A stretch of 46,718 nt of DNA, from assembly GCA_001777575.1 (NCBI GenBank), contig MFEL01000001.1:1-46718 (forward strand), given 5' to 3'. The notes beneath the pieces are model-generated. The model did not search any database. It had not been told where the DNA came from and saw nothing but the letters and a program-made list of their open reading frames with translations. The number at the start of each line of letters is the position of its first letter. The first letter of the stretch is position 1. A program made the position numbers and the translations under genes. Positions 6,251 to 14,087 of this stretch are shown one piece after another. This DNA is from Candidatus Doudnabacteria bacterium RIFCSPHIGHO2_01_FULL_46_24. Its GTDB lineage: Bacteria; Patescibacteriota; Doudnabacteria; UBA920; O2-02-FULL-48-8.

Positions 6251-6697
6251 TTACCCTCCGTCTGTCACCGAAACAACCGCTTCCCGTTCTCGAGCACCGT
6301 CCAGCTCCACAAAAAATATGCTCTGTCGATCCCCCAACAGCATCTGTCCATTTTCGACAGGCACGGTTTCGGAAGAGCCCAGCAGGAAAGCTTTGACGTG
6401 GGCGTGGCCGTTGGAGCGCTCGTTGGCCTTAATGCCGGTGCGGATTTCAAACAGGTCGTGGGAATAATTCTCGTCAATGGGCACCAGGCGGTACAACATC
6501 TTCATCAGGTCCTGCAGCAACAGCGGCTCGTTGTGGTTAAGCCTGACTGACGCGGTCGTGTGCGGGGTAAAAACCGTGACAGTGCCGTTTTTTAAGCCGG
6601 ACTTGGAAACCGCGCTTTTGACCTGCTCGGTGATGTCGATCAGCTCAAATTGCTTCTGGCTCTTTAGTTTTAATTTCTCAATCATTGTCATTTTCAA
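6251..6697 (-). CDS. yjbQ: YjbQ/UPF0047 family protein (secondary thiamine-phosphate synthase-like)
   Basis: 148 aa. ...GTVTVFTPHTTASVRLNHNEP...DL...NGHAHVKAFLLGSSETVPV.G.L.LG.WQ-type pattern, characteristic of UPF0047. Confidence 0.8.
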   Translation of the reverse strand: MKMTMIEKLKLKSQKQFELIDITEQVKSAVSKSGLKNGTVTVFTPHTTASVRLNHNEPLLLQDLMKMLYRLVPIDENYSHDLFEIRTGIKANERSNGHAHVKAFLLGSSETVPVENGQMLLGDRQSIFFVELDGAREREAVVSVTDGG

Positions 6698-6790
6698 ACA
6701 AAAAAGACCACACCCAAATATACGGGTTTACATGGCCATTTTCGACAAATGCTTACTATGTGTTTCCATCAAAAAATTGACTCTGTATAT

Positions 6791-6799
6791 ATTATAGCA
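6791..6799 (-). promoter_or_regulatory. Extended -10 promoter TGCTATAAT (yjbQ)
   Basis: Plus strand attatagca, about 95 nt upstream of the yjbQ ATG. Confidence 0.5.
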
Positions 6800-6800
6800 C

Positions 6801-6824
6801 AAAAAAAGCCCCTTGTAAAGGGGC
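6801..6824 (-). terminator. Rho-independent terminator after the HU gene
   Basis: Minus strand gcccctt taca aggggc followed by ttttttt, 10 nt after the stop. Confidence 0.75.
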
Positions 6825-6833
6825 GTTCTTTTG

Positions 6834-7121
6834 CTAGGCGAGAATTGAGTCTTTTGCCGCCTTAGCCACCCGGAACTTAACCACGGTCTTGGCGGGAATC
6901 TTGATCTGTTCGCCGGTGGCCGGGTTGCGGCCCATGCGGGCTTCGCGGTGCTTCTTTTGAAGCTTACCCAACCCCGGGATGGTGAACTCACCGCTGCTCT
7001 TGGTCTCGTTGTACGCCAAGCTAACGAGCGCCTCGATCATTTCGGCGACTTCCTTGCGGCTCTTGCCGAATTTTTCGGCAAGGGCGGAAAGGACTTCTGA
7101 CTTTGACATGCCTTTGGCCAT
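6834..7121 (-). CDS. hup: DNA-binding protein HU
   Basis: The ORF track gives 6834..7190. HU homology begins at MAKGMSKSEVLSALAEK (ATG at 7119-7121, preceded by GGAGAC). It contains F.IPGLGKL......AR.GRNP.TGE.I.IPA..VVKF. Confidence 0.9.
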   Translation of the reverse strand: MAKGMSKSEVLSALAEKFGKSRKEVAEMIEALVSLAYNETKSSGEFTIPGLGKLQKKHREARMGRNPATGEQIKIPAKTVVKFRVAKAAKDSILA

Positions 7122-7161
7122 AAGGGTCTCCTTAATTAAATTATTAACAATAGCTAAAGCA

Positions 7162-7170
7162 TTATAGCAA
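7162..7170 (-). promoter_or_regulatory. Extended -10 promoter TGCTATAAT (HU gene)
   Basis: Plus strand attatagca, about 40 nt upstream of the ATG at 7121. Confidence 0.55.
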
Positions 7171-7244
7171 AATCCCGGGAAATAGGTCAATTCCGGTCAA
7201 GCGGTAAAAACCAAATCGCCGGATGACATGGAGACAGGCCATCC

Positions 7245-7273
7245 TTGCCAAATGTAAATAGACGGCTTATCAT
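7245..7273 (+). promoter_or_regulatory. Sigma70-type promoter of the small G+C-rich gene 7301..7504
   Basis: TTGCCA, 17 nt, TATCAT. Confidence 0.5.
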
Positions 7274-7300
7274 ATTGCTATTGCTTTCAAAGGAGGAACC

Positions 7301-7504
7301 ATGCTTAGAGTGGCTCTCGCCATTTCCCTCGTGTTCATGGCATTTGCAGCGGCCATGTCGCCCATGATTCTCGCTTCGTGGAGCGAGCGGCGAGATGAAC
7401 GCAAAGCCAAAAGGCAAGCCAAGCAAGTCGGAAACTTGACTGAGCGGCTGCCTGTCGGCACCTGGTTGCGCATGGTGCGCGAAGTCCGCACCCGCCCCCA
7501 CTAA
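7301..7504 (+). CDS. Small single-TM protein with a basic tail (G+C-rich island)
   Basis: 67 aa. Strong Shine-Dalgarno site caaAGGAGGaacc before the ATG, own promoter and own terminator. One TM helix followed by WSERRDERKAKRQAKQ. Confidence 0.55.
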   Translation: MLRVALAISLVFMAFAAAMSPMILASWSERRDERKAKRQAKQVGNLTERLPVGTWLRMVREVRTRPH

Positions 7505-7527
7505 CCTCCAAGCGCCGGCCCCACCCC

Positions 7528-7558
7528 GCGTCCGGGACTTCCCGTACGCTTTTTTTTT
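7528..7558 (+). terminator. Rho-independent terminator of 7301..7504
   Basis: gcgt c cggga ct tcccg t acgc followed by ttttttttt. Confidence 0.65.
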
Positions 7559-7562
7559 GCTC

Positions 7563-7594
7563 AAAAAAAAGCCGCTTGCGGACCAGTGGCGGCT
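7563..7594 (-). terminator. Rho-independent terminator of 7593..7895
   Basis: Minus strand agccgc cactggtccgca gcggct followed by tttttttt. It overlaps the stop codon. Confidence 0.55.
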
Positions 7595-7895
7595 AAAGAT
7601 CTTGCGGCGGGTCAATTGGGCGCGGGTTGGCAATGCTCCTGAGGGCTTCTGCACTGGTGCGAAATACTCTCACCCGAAACGGCCCGACGAAATCACTGAT
7701 GCCGAACAGCAGGCGCTTGCCCTCCACCCCATCCGTGGCGGCCTCAAGAAATGACGCCGGCCCGGGATTTCTGAGGCTGAGTAAAAGCGAAGAACCGTTC
7801 ATCGAAAAGATCACGCTCGGCAATGGCCCCACTGCCTTCAACACCGGCAGCTTCTGATCCAGGTGAGATACCGATGCCCATAAGCATCCATCCAT
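7593..7895 (-). CDS. Hypothetical protein (G+C-rich island)
   Basis: 100 aa. Shine-Dalgarno site gaAGGAGGGtgagtc before the ATG. Convergent with 7301..7504. I recognise no family. Confidence 0.5.
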   Translation of the reverse strand: MDGCLWASVSHLDQKLPVLKAVGPLPSVIFSMNGSSLLLSLRNPGPASFLEAATDGVEGKRLLFGISDFVGPFRVRVFRTSAEALRSIANPRPIDPPQDL

Positions 7896-7941
7896 GACTC
7901 ACCCTCCTTCTATCTATGCATTAAAGATAACACGGGCTTGT

Positions 7942-9693
7942 TTACCCCGCAAACCCGCCAGCCTGAATCTGCCACAGCTTCTGGTAAATCCCCTGTTTGG
8001 CTTTGATCAGCTCAGTGTGCTTGCCTTCCTCAGCCACCTGCCCTTTGTCAATGACAATGATCCGGTCCATTTGCATGATCGTGGAGAGCCTGTGGGCGAT
8101 GACAATCGTGGTTTTACCCAGCATCAACTTTTTCATGGCATCCTGGATCAAATGCTCGGATTCGGAATCCAGGCTCGAAGTGGCCTCGTCCAAAACCAAA
8201 ATTGGCGAATCTTTGAGAATAGCCCGGGCAATGGCCACGCGCTGGCGCTCCCCGCCAGAAAGCTTGAGTCCCCGCTCCCCTACAAATGTTTCGTACTCTA
8301 GCGGAAAGCTCATAATGAATTCGTGGCAGTGCGCAAGTTTCGCCGCACGATAAACTTCCTGCTCGGAGGCTTGCGGCTTGGCATAAGCGATGTTGTCATA
8401 AAGCGAACGATGGAACAAAATCGGCTCCTGCGGCACCAAACTTATATTCGCCCGCAGGCTTTCCTGGGTCACTTGCGCGATATTTTGGCCGTCAATCGAA
8501 ATCCCGCCGCCCTGCATGTCGAAAAACCGAAACAGCAATTTGACGATCGTGGTCTTGCCGCCGCCGGAAGGGCCGATTAAAGCCACCCTCTCGCCGCCTT
8601 GAATGCTTAAGCTAAAATTTTTGAACACCCGGCGCTTCTCATGGTAGCCGAAATTGACACCACGGAATTCGATGCTGCCCGTCGAAACCTGCAGACGAGT
8701 TGCATCGGCCCTGTCCTGAATTCCGTGCGGCATGGTGAGGATCTCGGTCATTTCTTCCGCATCGCTTAGGCGCGAATAAGTGTCCTTGATGTGCCGGCCC
8801 AAATCCCACAGCCGCCCGAAAACCTGGACCATATACCCTTGGATGAGGGCAAAATCACCAATCGTCAGCCTGCCCTCTTTCCAGAATTTGACCGCAAGGT
8901 AAAGAAGCGCGAATTCCAAAAGAACCATCAGACCTCCCTGGACCGCTTCGTTTATTGATCCCAGATTCCAGGAGAGCTTTTTTATTCGAAACAGTTTTTC
9001 CGTCAAAGCCTGGAAGGTTTTGAATTCCCAAGCAGTTCCGCCGAACAATTTCAAATTGATGTTGTTGGTGATCGTATCCGCCAACCTGCCCGCGACTTCT
9101 GTGTCCATTTTAGCGTTGCGGATGTCATAGGGGTATTTGAACCTGGCATAAAACACGCTGAAAACAAGATAGACCGCCATCCAGACCAGCAAGGCCAAAG
9201 ACAGCTGCCAAGCGACAAAATACAAAGCAATTAAAATAATGATGATTTTGAGGATGGTGTGGCCGAAGTTCCAATACAGCTGGTCAGCGATGTCTTCGAA
9301 TGCCCGCTCAAACCTGCCGACTTTTTTCACCAGGCTGCCGGCGAAGTTGTTGGTGAAAAAATTGTACGAATGGTCATGCATATACTTAAAGCAGGTGTTG
9401 ACGATATCGGACATGATCCGCGGCTGGAAAAAATCATTGGCAAAATTGGCCAGGCGCCAAAAACACCAGCTCAAGCCCCCTACGGCCAGAATCTTGAAAA
9501 CAACCGTCAACAATTCGCTTACCGACCCGTTTTGGATCAAGGAATTGAACAACTGCTTGTATAAAAACGGGCCATATGTATCAAAAACCACCGCCCCGAG
9601 CATGGCGATGATCAACAGCAAAATCGCCCGGGGGTAGACCGAAGCGTGTTGCCAAAATATGCGCAATGTCTGCTTTATCAGCGTTTTTTGCAT
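7942..9693 (-). CDS. ABC transporter, fused permease/ATPase (MsbA/MdlB-like exporter)
   Basis: The ORF track gives 7942..9735. The likely start is MQKTLIKQ (ATG at 9691-9693). Six-TM domain, Walker A GPSGGGKTT, signature LSGGERQR, Walker B ILVLDEATS. Confidence 0.9.
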   Translation of the reverse strand: MQKTLIKQTLRIFWQHASVYPRAILLLIIAMLGAVVFDTYGPFLYKQLFNSLIQNGSVSELLTVVFKILAVGGLSWCFWRLANFANDFFQPRIMSDIVNTCFKYMHDHSYNFFTNNFAGSLVKKVGRFERAFEDIADQLYWNFGHTILKIIIILIALYFVAWQLSLALLVWMAVYLVFSVFYARFKYPYDIRNAKMDTEVAGRLADTITNNINLKLFGGTAWEFKTFQALTEKLFRIKKLSWNLGSINEAVQGGLMVLLEFALLYLAVKFWKEGRLTIGDFALIQGYMVQVFGRLWDLGRHIKDTYSRLSDAEEMTEILTMPHGIQDRADATRLQVSTGSIEFRGVNFGYHEKRRVFKNFSLSIQGGERVALIGPSGGGKTTIVKLLFRFFDMQGGGISIDGQNIAQVTQESLRANISLVPQEPILFHRSLYDNIAYAKPQASEQEVYRAAKLAHCHEFIMSFPLEYETFVGERGLKLSGGERQRVAIARAILKDSPILVLDEATSSLDSESEHLIQDAMKKLMLGKTTIVIAHRLSTIMQMDRIIVIDKGQVAEEGKHTELIKAKQGIYQKLWQIQAGGFAG

Positions 9694-9807
9694 TTGGTTT
9701 ACTTCTAAAATCAAAAGCGGGAGCAGGGCTCCCATATGTTAAGACGTAAGCAAAGACAAATCTGTTTCTTGAAACGTCTGACGTTTCTTGGCAGGGGTGG
9801 AAGGAGT

Positions 9808-9835
9808 CCCCGCCTGCGCTAAAGCTTCGGCGGAT
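9808..9835 (+). repeat. TCCGCC-loop-GGCGGA hairpin family, copy 3
   Basis: tccccgcc tgcgctaaagcttc ggcggat. Confidence 0.6.
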
Positions 9836-9910
9836 TCCGTCAAAAAGTATTTGAATTTGTGCTCAAGAACCCACGCTCGGTTTTGCCTGTCCGCCGAAGT
9901 GATCGTCTCA

Positions 9911-9984
9911 TGGCAGGGGCATAAGGATTTGAACCTTAACTAACGGTTTTGGAGACCGTTGTGCTACCGTTACACTATGCCCCC
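9911..9984 (-). tRNA. tRNA-Trp (CCA)
   Basis: Hand fold of the minus strand: gggggca ta gtgt aacggta gcac a acggt ctCCAaa accgt tagt taagg ttcaaat cctta tgcccct g cca. 74 nt, CCA encoded. Confidence 0.9.
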
Positions 9985-9997
9985 ATCACCAAACGAT

Positions 9998-10042
9998 CAC
10001 GAAGGCGGAGAGACCGATGTTCTACCATTGAACTACACCCCC
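9998..10042 (-). pseudogene. tRNA 5'-half fragment (acceptor 5' strand plus D arm, Gly-like), no foldable anticodon or T arm
   Basis: Minus strand gggggtg ta gttc aatggta gaac a tcggtctctccgcc... After the D arm I can pair no anticodon stem, T arm or acceptor 3' strand before tRNA-Trp begins 5-6 nt downstream. Confidence 0.4.
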
Positions 10043-10057
10043 ATTAAAACGGTTGGC

Positions 10058-10152
10058 GTTATTCGTCGGCGCTGCGCGTATCGTCTTGCGGCTTGCGTCT
10101 TTCGGCCGCTCGCCGTCAGACACTTACCGATACGCGTTGCGCTGCCGTAAAC
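10058..10152. repeat. ORF-less copy (B) of the inverted-repeat stem that flanks the four-helix-bundle gene
   Basis: Left arm gttattcgtcggcgctgcgcgtatcgt (10058-10084). Right arm taccgatacgcgttgcgctgccgtaaac (10125-10152). It lies between the rpmG stop and the tRNA fragment. Confidence 0.65.
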
Positions 10153-10161
10153 CGAATTACG

Positions 10162-10317
10162 CTATTTCGTTTCTTTGTGCTCTGTGTGTTTCTTACACCA
10201 GCGACAAAACTTGCTCATATTCAGCCGGCTGGTGTTGAGTTTCTTATTTTTTCTGGAATGATAGTTAGTGCGGTGGCACGCCGTGCATTCCATCGTGATC
10301 AGATTATCTTGGGACAT
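10162..10317 (-). CDS. rpmG: 50S ribosomal protein L33
   Basis: Not in the ORF track (51 aa). Hand translation gives MSQDNLITMECTACHRTNYHSRKNKKLNTSRLNMSKFCRWCKKHTEHKETK, with the L33 CxxC...CxxC zinc ribbon and HKETK terminus. Confidence 0.88.
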   Translation of the reverse strand: MSQDNLITMECTACHRTNYHSRKNKKLNTSRLNMSKFCRWCKKHTEHKETK

Positions 10318-10357
10318 TATTGTAGTTAAAAGTTAATAGTTATCATTAATTTTTCCC

Positions 10358-10433
10358 TGGAGCCGTTGGCCAGAATTGAACTGGCGACCTACTCCTTACC
10401 ATGGAGTTGCTCTACCAACTGAGCTACAACGGC
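10358..10433 (-). tRNA. tRNA-Thr (GGT)
   Basis: Minus strand gccgttg ta gctc agttggta gagc a actcc atGGTaa ggagt aggtc gccag ttcaatt ctggc caacggc t cca. 76 nt. Confidence 0.9.
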
Positions 10434-10488
10434 ATGGGCACATTAGCTTGGATACTATAACAAATTTTCCCAGATTATTCAATATCAA

Positions 10489-10497
10489 TGCTATAAT
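10489..10497 (+). promoter_or_regulatory. Extended -10 promoter TGCTATAAT, 6 nt upstream of the ATG at 10504 (implies a leaderless mRNA)
   Basis: aaTGCTATAATactttcATG. Confidence 0.5.
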
Positions 10498-10503
10498 ACT
10501 TTC

Positions 10504-11061
10504 ATGAAACCTCTTATTTACTATCACGGTTGGCGATATAAAAATACGGCCTTGCTCGTGGTAAGCCTGGCCGCCCTGTTTCTGGCCTCCCAGTTTTTCT
10601 TTGCCCAACAATTAGTGAATTTCTTACAGCAGCTGAACTATTTTGGCGCCTTTATCACAGGCATTTTCTTCACATCCATGTTCACAGTGGCCCCAGCCAC
10701 GGTTGTGCTGTATTTAATCGCCCAAAACCACAATCCTCTCTTAATTGCCATTTTCGGAGGTTTGGGCACCATGCTTGGCGATTACATCATTTTCCGGTTT
10801 CTGAAAGACCGCGTGTTTGACGAATTCGCGTCAGTAGTCGCCAAAATCGGCGGCTCGCACCTTCGCCAGCTGCTGCACACCCCCTACTTTGCCTGGCTGC
10901 TGCCGGTCTTAGGTGCAATTATCATCGCCTCGCCCCTGCCGGACGAGCTGGGTATTACCCTCATGGGTTTGGGGAAAATAAAAAACTGGCAGTTTTTGAC
11001 TCTTTCGTTCGTCTTAAACTCAAGCGGCATCCTCATCATCGCCAGCCTAGCTCACGTCTGA
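10504..11061 (+). CDS. Integral membrane protein, unknown function
   Basis: 185 aa, about five hydrophobic segments. Family not recognised with confidence. Confidence 0.65.
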   Translation: MKPLIYYHGWRYKNTALLVVSLAALFLASQFFFAQQLVNFLQQLNYFGAFITGIFFTSMFTVAPATVVLYLIAQNHNPLLIAIFGGLGTMLGDYIIFRFLKDRVFDEFASVVAKIGGSHLRQLLHTPYFAWLLPVLGAIIIASPLPDELGITLMGLGKIKNWQFLTLSFVLNSSGILIIASLAHV

Positions 11062-11063
11062 GC

Positions 11064-11789
11064 TTAAGCTATCGGTAAAGTGAAGTAAAAAGTCGTGCCC
11101 TTATTTTCTTGCGACTTAAACCAGATGCGCCCGCCTGAGGCTTCGATGAAAGCCTTGGTAATATAAAGCCCCAATCCCGTGCCGTTGGTTTCGAACTTGA
11201 GAATATTACTGCCACGATAAAATTTATTAAACACCGACTTCTGCTGATCCTTGGGAATGCCCGCGCCTGTGTCGGAAATTTTACCCAAGATTTCATGATC
11301 CTGCTGTTTGAGGTCAATTTTCAGCTCCCCGCCTTCCGGCGTGTAAGCGATGGCGTTGGAAATCAGATTGCCAATGGCCTGACGGATTTTATTCAGTTCG
11401 GTTTTGACCAAGGGCAAAGGCTCCCGCTCTACGGCGAACTCGACATCCAGGCGTTTCTTTTTTATCTCATCGGCTTTTTCCCGAATCAAGCCGCGGACGA
11501 CGGAAGCAAGATCAGTAGGCTGCAAATACAGCTTGGCTTCGCCCGATTCAATGCGAGAAACCTCCAACAGGTCATTGACCAGCGCAATCATGCGCTCGTT
11601 GGATTGATAAATTTTCGACAAAAGCTTTTTCTGCTTCTTATTGAGATTGCCCACGGACGATTTCTGCATCAATTCCAAAAGCCACTTCATGCCGGAAAGC
11701 GGCGTCCTAAGCTGATGCGAAGTCAGGGTAATGAAATCCGACTGGATGCTGCCGATGTTGCCTTTTTTTTTGTCCTGGTCTTTAGCCAT
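11064..11789 (-). CDS. Soluble sensor histidine kinase (HisKA + HATPase_c)
   Basis: 241 aa. H-box SHQLRTPLSG, N-box LISNAIAYT, G-boxes DTGAGIP and GTGLGLYI. Confidence 0.88.
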   Translation of the reverse strand: MAKDQDKKKGNIGSIQSDFITLTSHQLRTPLSGMKWLLELMQKSSVGNLNKKQKKLLSKIYQSNERMIALVNDLLEVSRIESGEAKLYLQPTDLASVVRGLIREKADEIKKKRLDVEFAVEREPLPLVKTELNKIRQAIGNLISNAIAYTPEGGELKIDLKQQDHEILGKISDTGAGIPKDQQKSVFNKFYRGSNILKFETNGTGLGLYITKAFIEASGGRIWFKSQENKGTTFYFTLPIA

Positions 11790-13524
11790 GTTGTTTTAAG
11801 GGTAATGTAAAATAAAACGCTGACCCCTTGCCTTCCTCGGACGTCACGCCGATTTTGCCGCCATGCGCCTCCACAATCCCTTTGCTGATGACCAGCCCCA
11901 ATCCGGTGCCTTTTTTTTCCGAGGCTGCGGCGTGTTCAAGTTGCGTGAATTTGTTGAATAGCTTCGAAAGCTGATCTTGCGGGATGCCGATGCCGCTGTC
12001 AACGACAGCCAGCGCCACGGCATCCGAATCAAACTTCACGCTCTTCGGAGTCAGTCCAGGCCAAACCATGCCAAGACCAGCCACTTTTTCCACGAGATCC
12101 ATGCCGGCTGGAAGCATAAACGCGCAAACCGTGACTTTGCCGCGCTCCGCAAATTTAATCGCGTTGGACAGCAAATTGTTAAGCACTTGCCCAATCTTTG
12201 TCTCGTCTGCCTCCACTTGCGGCAAGCCGGGCTCGATTTTACTTTGCAAGTCAATTTGATTGTCAACGGCCAAGGTCTTATACGACAGCACGCGGCTGTC
12301 AATGACAGCAGACAGATTGGTCGGCTTTTTCAGGACTTGGAATTTCCCAGCCTCAAGTTTGGCCACGTCCAGCAAATCATTGACCAAATCGAGCATGGAC
12401 GCGGAATTGGTGACAATCAGATCCACGAATTCCTGGTATTTTTTTTGCTCTTTTTTGACGCTGTCCTCTTTCAAAAGATTGGCTATGGACCGAATGCCGG
12501 TCAGCGGGCTGCGCAGTTCGTGGACCATCATGGAGGTGAAGTCCTCGCGCATTTTTTCGATGGCTTTTTCCTTGGTGATGTCATGAAACAATATGACCGC
12601 CCCGAGCGGCTTTTGGTCTGTGTCCTTCACCGGACTGATCAAAACGCGCAAGACCCGATTTTCGATCTTGATATTTTCTTCCACGATAAGCTTGTTGAAC
12701 TTGATGCTTTCTTCAATCTTGGTGCGGATGTCAAGCTTGGAGGCCAAAGCGTCCAAAACGTCAAAAATGGAAACCTGCTTATTTTTGATTCCCAGCATCT
12801 CCAATGCCGCCGGATTGATGACCAAAAGCCGGTTTCTGGTGTCGACCATAAACACGCCGTCGGCCATGGAGGCGACCATGGCATTGAGTTTGCCTTTTTC
12901 CTGGCTTAGGATGTTTTCAAGTTTGGACACTGCGGTGGAAGCTTGATTCATGATCGTATAAAGAATGGTCATCTCCGCCTCTTTATACAAACCTTCCTCG
13001 GTCGAGGAAACACTAAGCAGGCCGACCGGCTGATTGTTGATGACTACCGGAATGTTGAAAAACGATTTGACTGTTGCCTCGTTCGATTCGTCAGTGATGG
13101 TGCCCGATACACTTTCATCCACCTCACTATTCTTAATCTCTCGGTCAATCAGAGCGGAAAAAGCGGTCACTATCCTTTTTTTTACGTCTTCCAAAAAATT
13201 CTTATTGACTGATTCTTCCAAAACGCAGTGGTAAATTAGCCGGCCCTCATCGGACCAAAGCAAGTAAGAGACCGTGGAATAAGGCAGAAGCTTGCGCAGG
13301 GAACCGGTGATGACGTCCACGATTTTCTGAACATTGAGGGAATAGCCGATTCGTTCCCCAAGCTCCTTTAGGATCGAGACCTCGTACATTCTGCGGCCCA
13401 TTTCGTCTTCCTTGTATTTGAGGCTGTGGCGCATTTGGCGGTTTTCCCACCAAATAAAAACAATGACAATCACTGTGTAGATTGCCAATGTCAAAAATAT
13501 GTAGATGAAGGGAGTCGTCTCCAT
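11782..13524 (-). CDS. Membrane-anchored sensor histidine kinase (TM, GAF-like, PAS-like, HisKA, HATPase_c)
   Basis: 580 aa. N-terminal TM helix, H-box VHELRSPLTG, N-box LLSNAIKF, G-boxes DSGIGIP and GTGLGLVI. 8-nt overlap with the downstream kinase gene. Confidence 0.88.
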   Translation of the reverse strand: METTPFIYIFLTLAIYTVIVIVFIWWENRQMRHSLKYKEDEMGRRMYEVSILKELGERIGYSLNVQKIVDVITGSLRKLLPYSTVSYLLWSDEGRLIYHCVLEESVNKNFLEDVKKRIVTAFSALIDREIKNSEVDESVSGTITDESNEATVKSFFNIPVVINNQPVGLLSVSSTEEGLYKEAEMTILYTIMNQASTAVSKLENILSQEKGKLNAMVASMADGVFMVDTRNRLLVINPAALEMLGIKNKQVSIFDVLDALASKLDIRTKIEESIKFNKLIVEENIKIENRVLRVLISPVKDTDQKPLGAVILFHDITKEKAIEKMREDFTSMMVHELRSPLTGIRSIANLLKEDSVKKEQKKYQEFVDLIVTNSASMLDLVNDLLDVAKLEAGKFQVLKKPTNLSAVIDSRVLSYKTLAVDNQIDLQSKIEPGLPQVEADETKIGQVLNNLLSNAIKFAERGKVTVCAFMLPAGMDLVEKVAGLGMVWPGLTPKSVKFDSDAVALAVVDSGIGIPQDQLSKLFNKFTQLEHAAASEKKGTGLGLVISKGIVEAHGGKIGVTSEEGKGSAFYFTLPLKQHG

Positions 13525-13537
13525 ATTGATTTTGATG

Positions 13538-13825
13538 TCACTTGGCGACGGAAGCCAACTTGGAAAATCCCATGGCCAAGAAAAACAAACCCAACAGCGT
13601 CAATACGTCCTGAGCCAGGCTTAGGTTGGGTGTGGCTTGCAGGAGCGCAAAATTCAACAGAATTTTTTCGATGACGGCAATGGTGATAAACAGCATCCCA
13701 ATCCCCAAAAATCTGACTGCTCTGCCTATAATGCCGCCATAAACCCTGGTCGAAACCCAGACGTTGTAAAATATGCCGACGAGGATGACGGCGATAAACC
13801 CTTGGATGACGAGGTTAAGTGACAT
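13538..13825 (-). CDS. Small three-TM membrane protein
   Basis: 95 aa, inside the two-component operon. Overlaps the upstream ORF by 11 nt. Confidence 0.6.
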   Translation of the reverse strand: MSLNLVIQGFIAVILVGIFYNVWVSTRVYGGIIGRAVRFLGIGMLFITIAVIEKILLNFALLQATPNLSLAQDVLTLLGLFFLAMGFSKLASVAK

Positions 13826-14087
13826 TGATCTTGATGTCCGGATATTTGGCGAACACCGGACTTAATATATTTTTAACAATCTGGCCCGACAGGGTGACAT
13901 ATTCGTCAATCAATTTCTGCAAAATTTCCTGCGGGTCGCCTTGCAGTTCCAAAACCTCGCCCCGATCCGACAGCCGGAGGCCAGAAACGTTTTTGGCTTT
14001 CATCAGCACGATGTCGGGTCCTAAAATCAAAATCTGCTTGGCGACAATCTCGTTGATGAGGTTTTTGTAATCTTCAGGACTAGCCAT
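13815..14087 (-). CDS. Small soluble hypothetical protein
   Basis: 90 aa. Overlaps the response-regulator gene by 8 nt. I recognise no family. Confidence 0.55.
   Translation of the reverse strand: MASPEDYKNLINEIVAKQILILGPDIVLMKAKNVSGLRLSDRGEVLELQGDPQEILQKLIDEYVTLSGQIVKNILSPVFAKYPDIKINVT

Noticed and set aside
7187-7654. 155-aa minus-strand ORF spanning the first G+C-rich island
   Set aside because: It runs antisense through the 7301..7504 gene and both terminator hairpins, and it has no Shine-Dalgarno site. The two smaller convergent genes each have AGGAGG-type Shine-Dalgarno sites. Confidence in this choice is moderate only.
10396-10611. 71-aa minus-strand ORF
   Set aside because: It overlaps tRNA-Thr(GGT) and the start of the plus-strand membrane-protein gene.
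11977-12909. 310-aa plus-strand ORF antisense to the large histidine kinase, and similar long antisense ORFs (21200..21736, 24037..24651, 25956..26552, 33068..34018, 33598..34338, 39112..39789, 42856..43362)
   Set aside because: Each lies wholly inside a gene with strong family motifs on the other strand. They lack start-site signals and have low-complexity or odd compositions, so they are shadow ORFs.
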